Part shown: in pieces, positions 63,436 to 64,000 of the stretch
Position numbering within the stretch: position 1 is the first letter of the stretch
Layout of the letters: each line of letters opens with the position of its first letter
Origin: Rhodospirillales bacterium BBD 1991-14
GTDB taxonomy: Bacteria > Pseudomonadota > Alphaproteobacteria > Kiloniellales > Kiloniellaceae
Direction: 5' to 3'
DNA: 64,000 nucleotides
Assembly: GCA_001657395.1 (NCBI GenBank)
Contig: LYSY01000012.1
Coordinates: 18,909 to 82,908, forward strand
Notes under the pieces: model-generated
Database searches by the model: none
The model's input: the letters and a program-made list of their open reading frames with translations, nothing else
Told to the model about the DNA's origin: nothing
Position numbers and translations under genes: made by a program

Positions 63436-64000
63436 ATGAAGGCACTGGTCTATACCGCGACGAAGGAGACCGCCTACCGCGACGAGGCGGAGCCGCAGCG
63501 CGGCCCCGGCGAAGCTTTGGTGAGCATAGAGGCGGTGGGCATCTGCGGGTCCGACATGCATGCCTGGCACGGCCACGACCCGCGGCGCGTGCCGCCGCTG
63601 ATCCTGGGGCACGAGGCCTGCGGAACCGTCTTGGAGGGGGCGAGCGCAGGCCAGCGGGTGGTGCTCAATCCCCTGGTGAGCTGCGGCGTCTGCCGCTTCT
63701 GCACCGAGGGACGGACCAATCTTTGCCCTGACCGCGATCTCATCGGCATGCGCCGGCCCGGCGCCTTCGGCGAGCGCATCGCGATTCCCGAGCGCAATCT
63801 GATCGCCGTGCCCGAAGGGATGGATCCGGCCAAGGCCGCCCTGACCGAACCCTGCGCCACCGCCTGGCACGCCCTGGCGCTGGCGGCGCGCGCGGCCTGG
63901 CGGCCGGTGGCTGAATCGCACGCCCTGGTGATCGGCGGCGGCTCCGTGGGCCTCCTGGGCGGGCTCATTCTCCAGGCCTGGGGGGCTGCCGAAGTGCGGC
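63436..64000 (+). CDS. Zinc-dependent alcohol dehydrogenase family protein, 3' end cut by window edge
   Basis: Not in the ORF track because no stop occurs in the window. Manual translation from ATG 63436 gives MKALVYTATKE...GICGSDMHAWHG...GHEACG...CGVCRFCTEGRTNLC...VIGGGSVG. Confidence 0.85.
   Translation, partial: MKALVYTATKETAYRDEAEPQRGPGEALVSIEAVGICGSDMHAWHGHDPRRVPPLILGHEACGTVLEGASAGQRVVLNPLVSCGVCRFCTEGRTNLCPDRDLIGMRRPGAFGERIAIPERNLIAVPEGMDPAKAALTEPCATAWHALALAARAAWRPVAESHALVIGGGSVGLLGGLILQAWGAAEVR

Overview
GC-rich, densely packed chromosomal segment. The gene content looks alphaproteobacterial (an inference from protein families such as a Frc-like sugar ABC system, PotF-type ABC system, ROK/GntR/LysR regulators and DUF4212 plus VC_2705-type symporter). 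I call about 57 protein-coding genes on both strands. I found no rRNA, tRNA, CRISPR array, transposase or integrase. Gene order is as follows. (1) A 5'-truncated RND pump, MFS, AraC, ECF sigma, LysR and a peroxiredoxin-like gene. (2) A GntR-regulated PotF-type ABC operon that also carries a GT1 glycosyltransferase, two tandem cupin_3 genes and an aldehyde dehydrogenase. (3) A translationally coupled P-type ATPase / Kef-RCK antiporter / tandem-USP operon behind a small excisionase-type HTH gene. (4) A ROK-regulated Frc-like sugar ABC system plus a PfkB kinase. (5) A MauG/CCP-type di-haem peroxidase with an unknown secreted neighbour. (6) A DUF4212 plus sodium:solute symporter pair opposite a DEDDh exonuclease-CBS-DUF294 fusion gene. 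(7) gloA, then a secreted trypsin-like/TPR protease converging on an S8 subtilase and a double-AAA+ ATPase. (8) A secreted beta-propeller/phytase-like protein, GST and CoA-transferase. (9) A LacI-regulated sugar ABC operon with MetE-like and cupin genes. (10) A block of dehydrogenases, msrB-msrA, PPOX and a HisD paralog. The most system-like candidate is the AAA+ ATPase followed by an S8 protease at 39.2-42.8 kb. It has the gene content and order of the mechanistically unexplained IetAS defence pair, and a second secreted serine protease abuts it. Non-coding structure not explained by genes includes: three tandem ~80-bp units (7816-8054), five 12-bp repeats filling the HTH/ATPase spacer (22744-22803), a 14-bp x7 tandem repeat in front of the kinase gene (28037-28134), two adjacent palindromic REP/MITE-like elements (16952-17105), AT-rich operator-like palindromes, and two strong intrinsic terminators. 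Many very long ORFs in the track are antisense shadow ORFs typical of high-GC DNA and were rejected. All functional calls come from reading motifs in the translations; no database search was possible.
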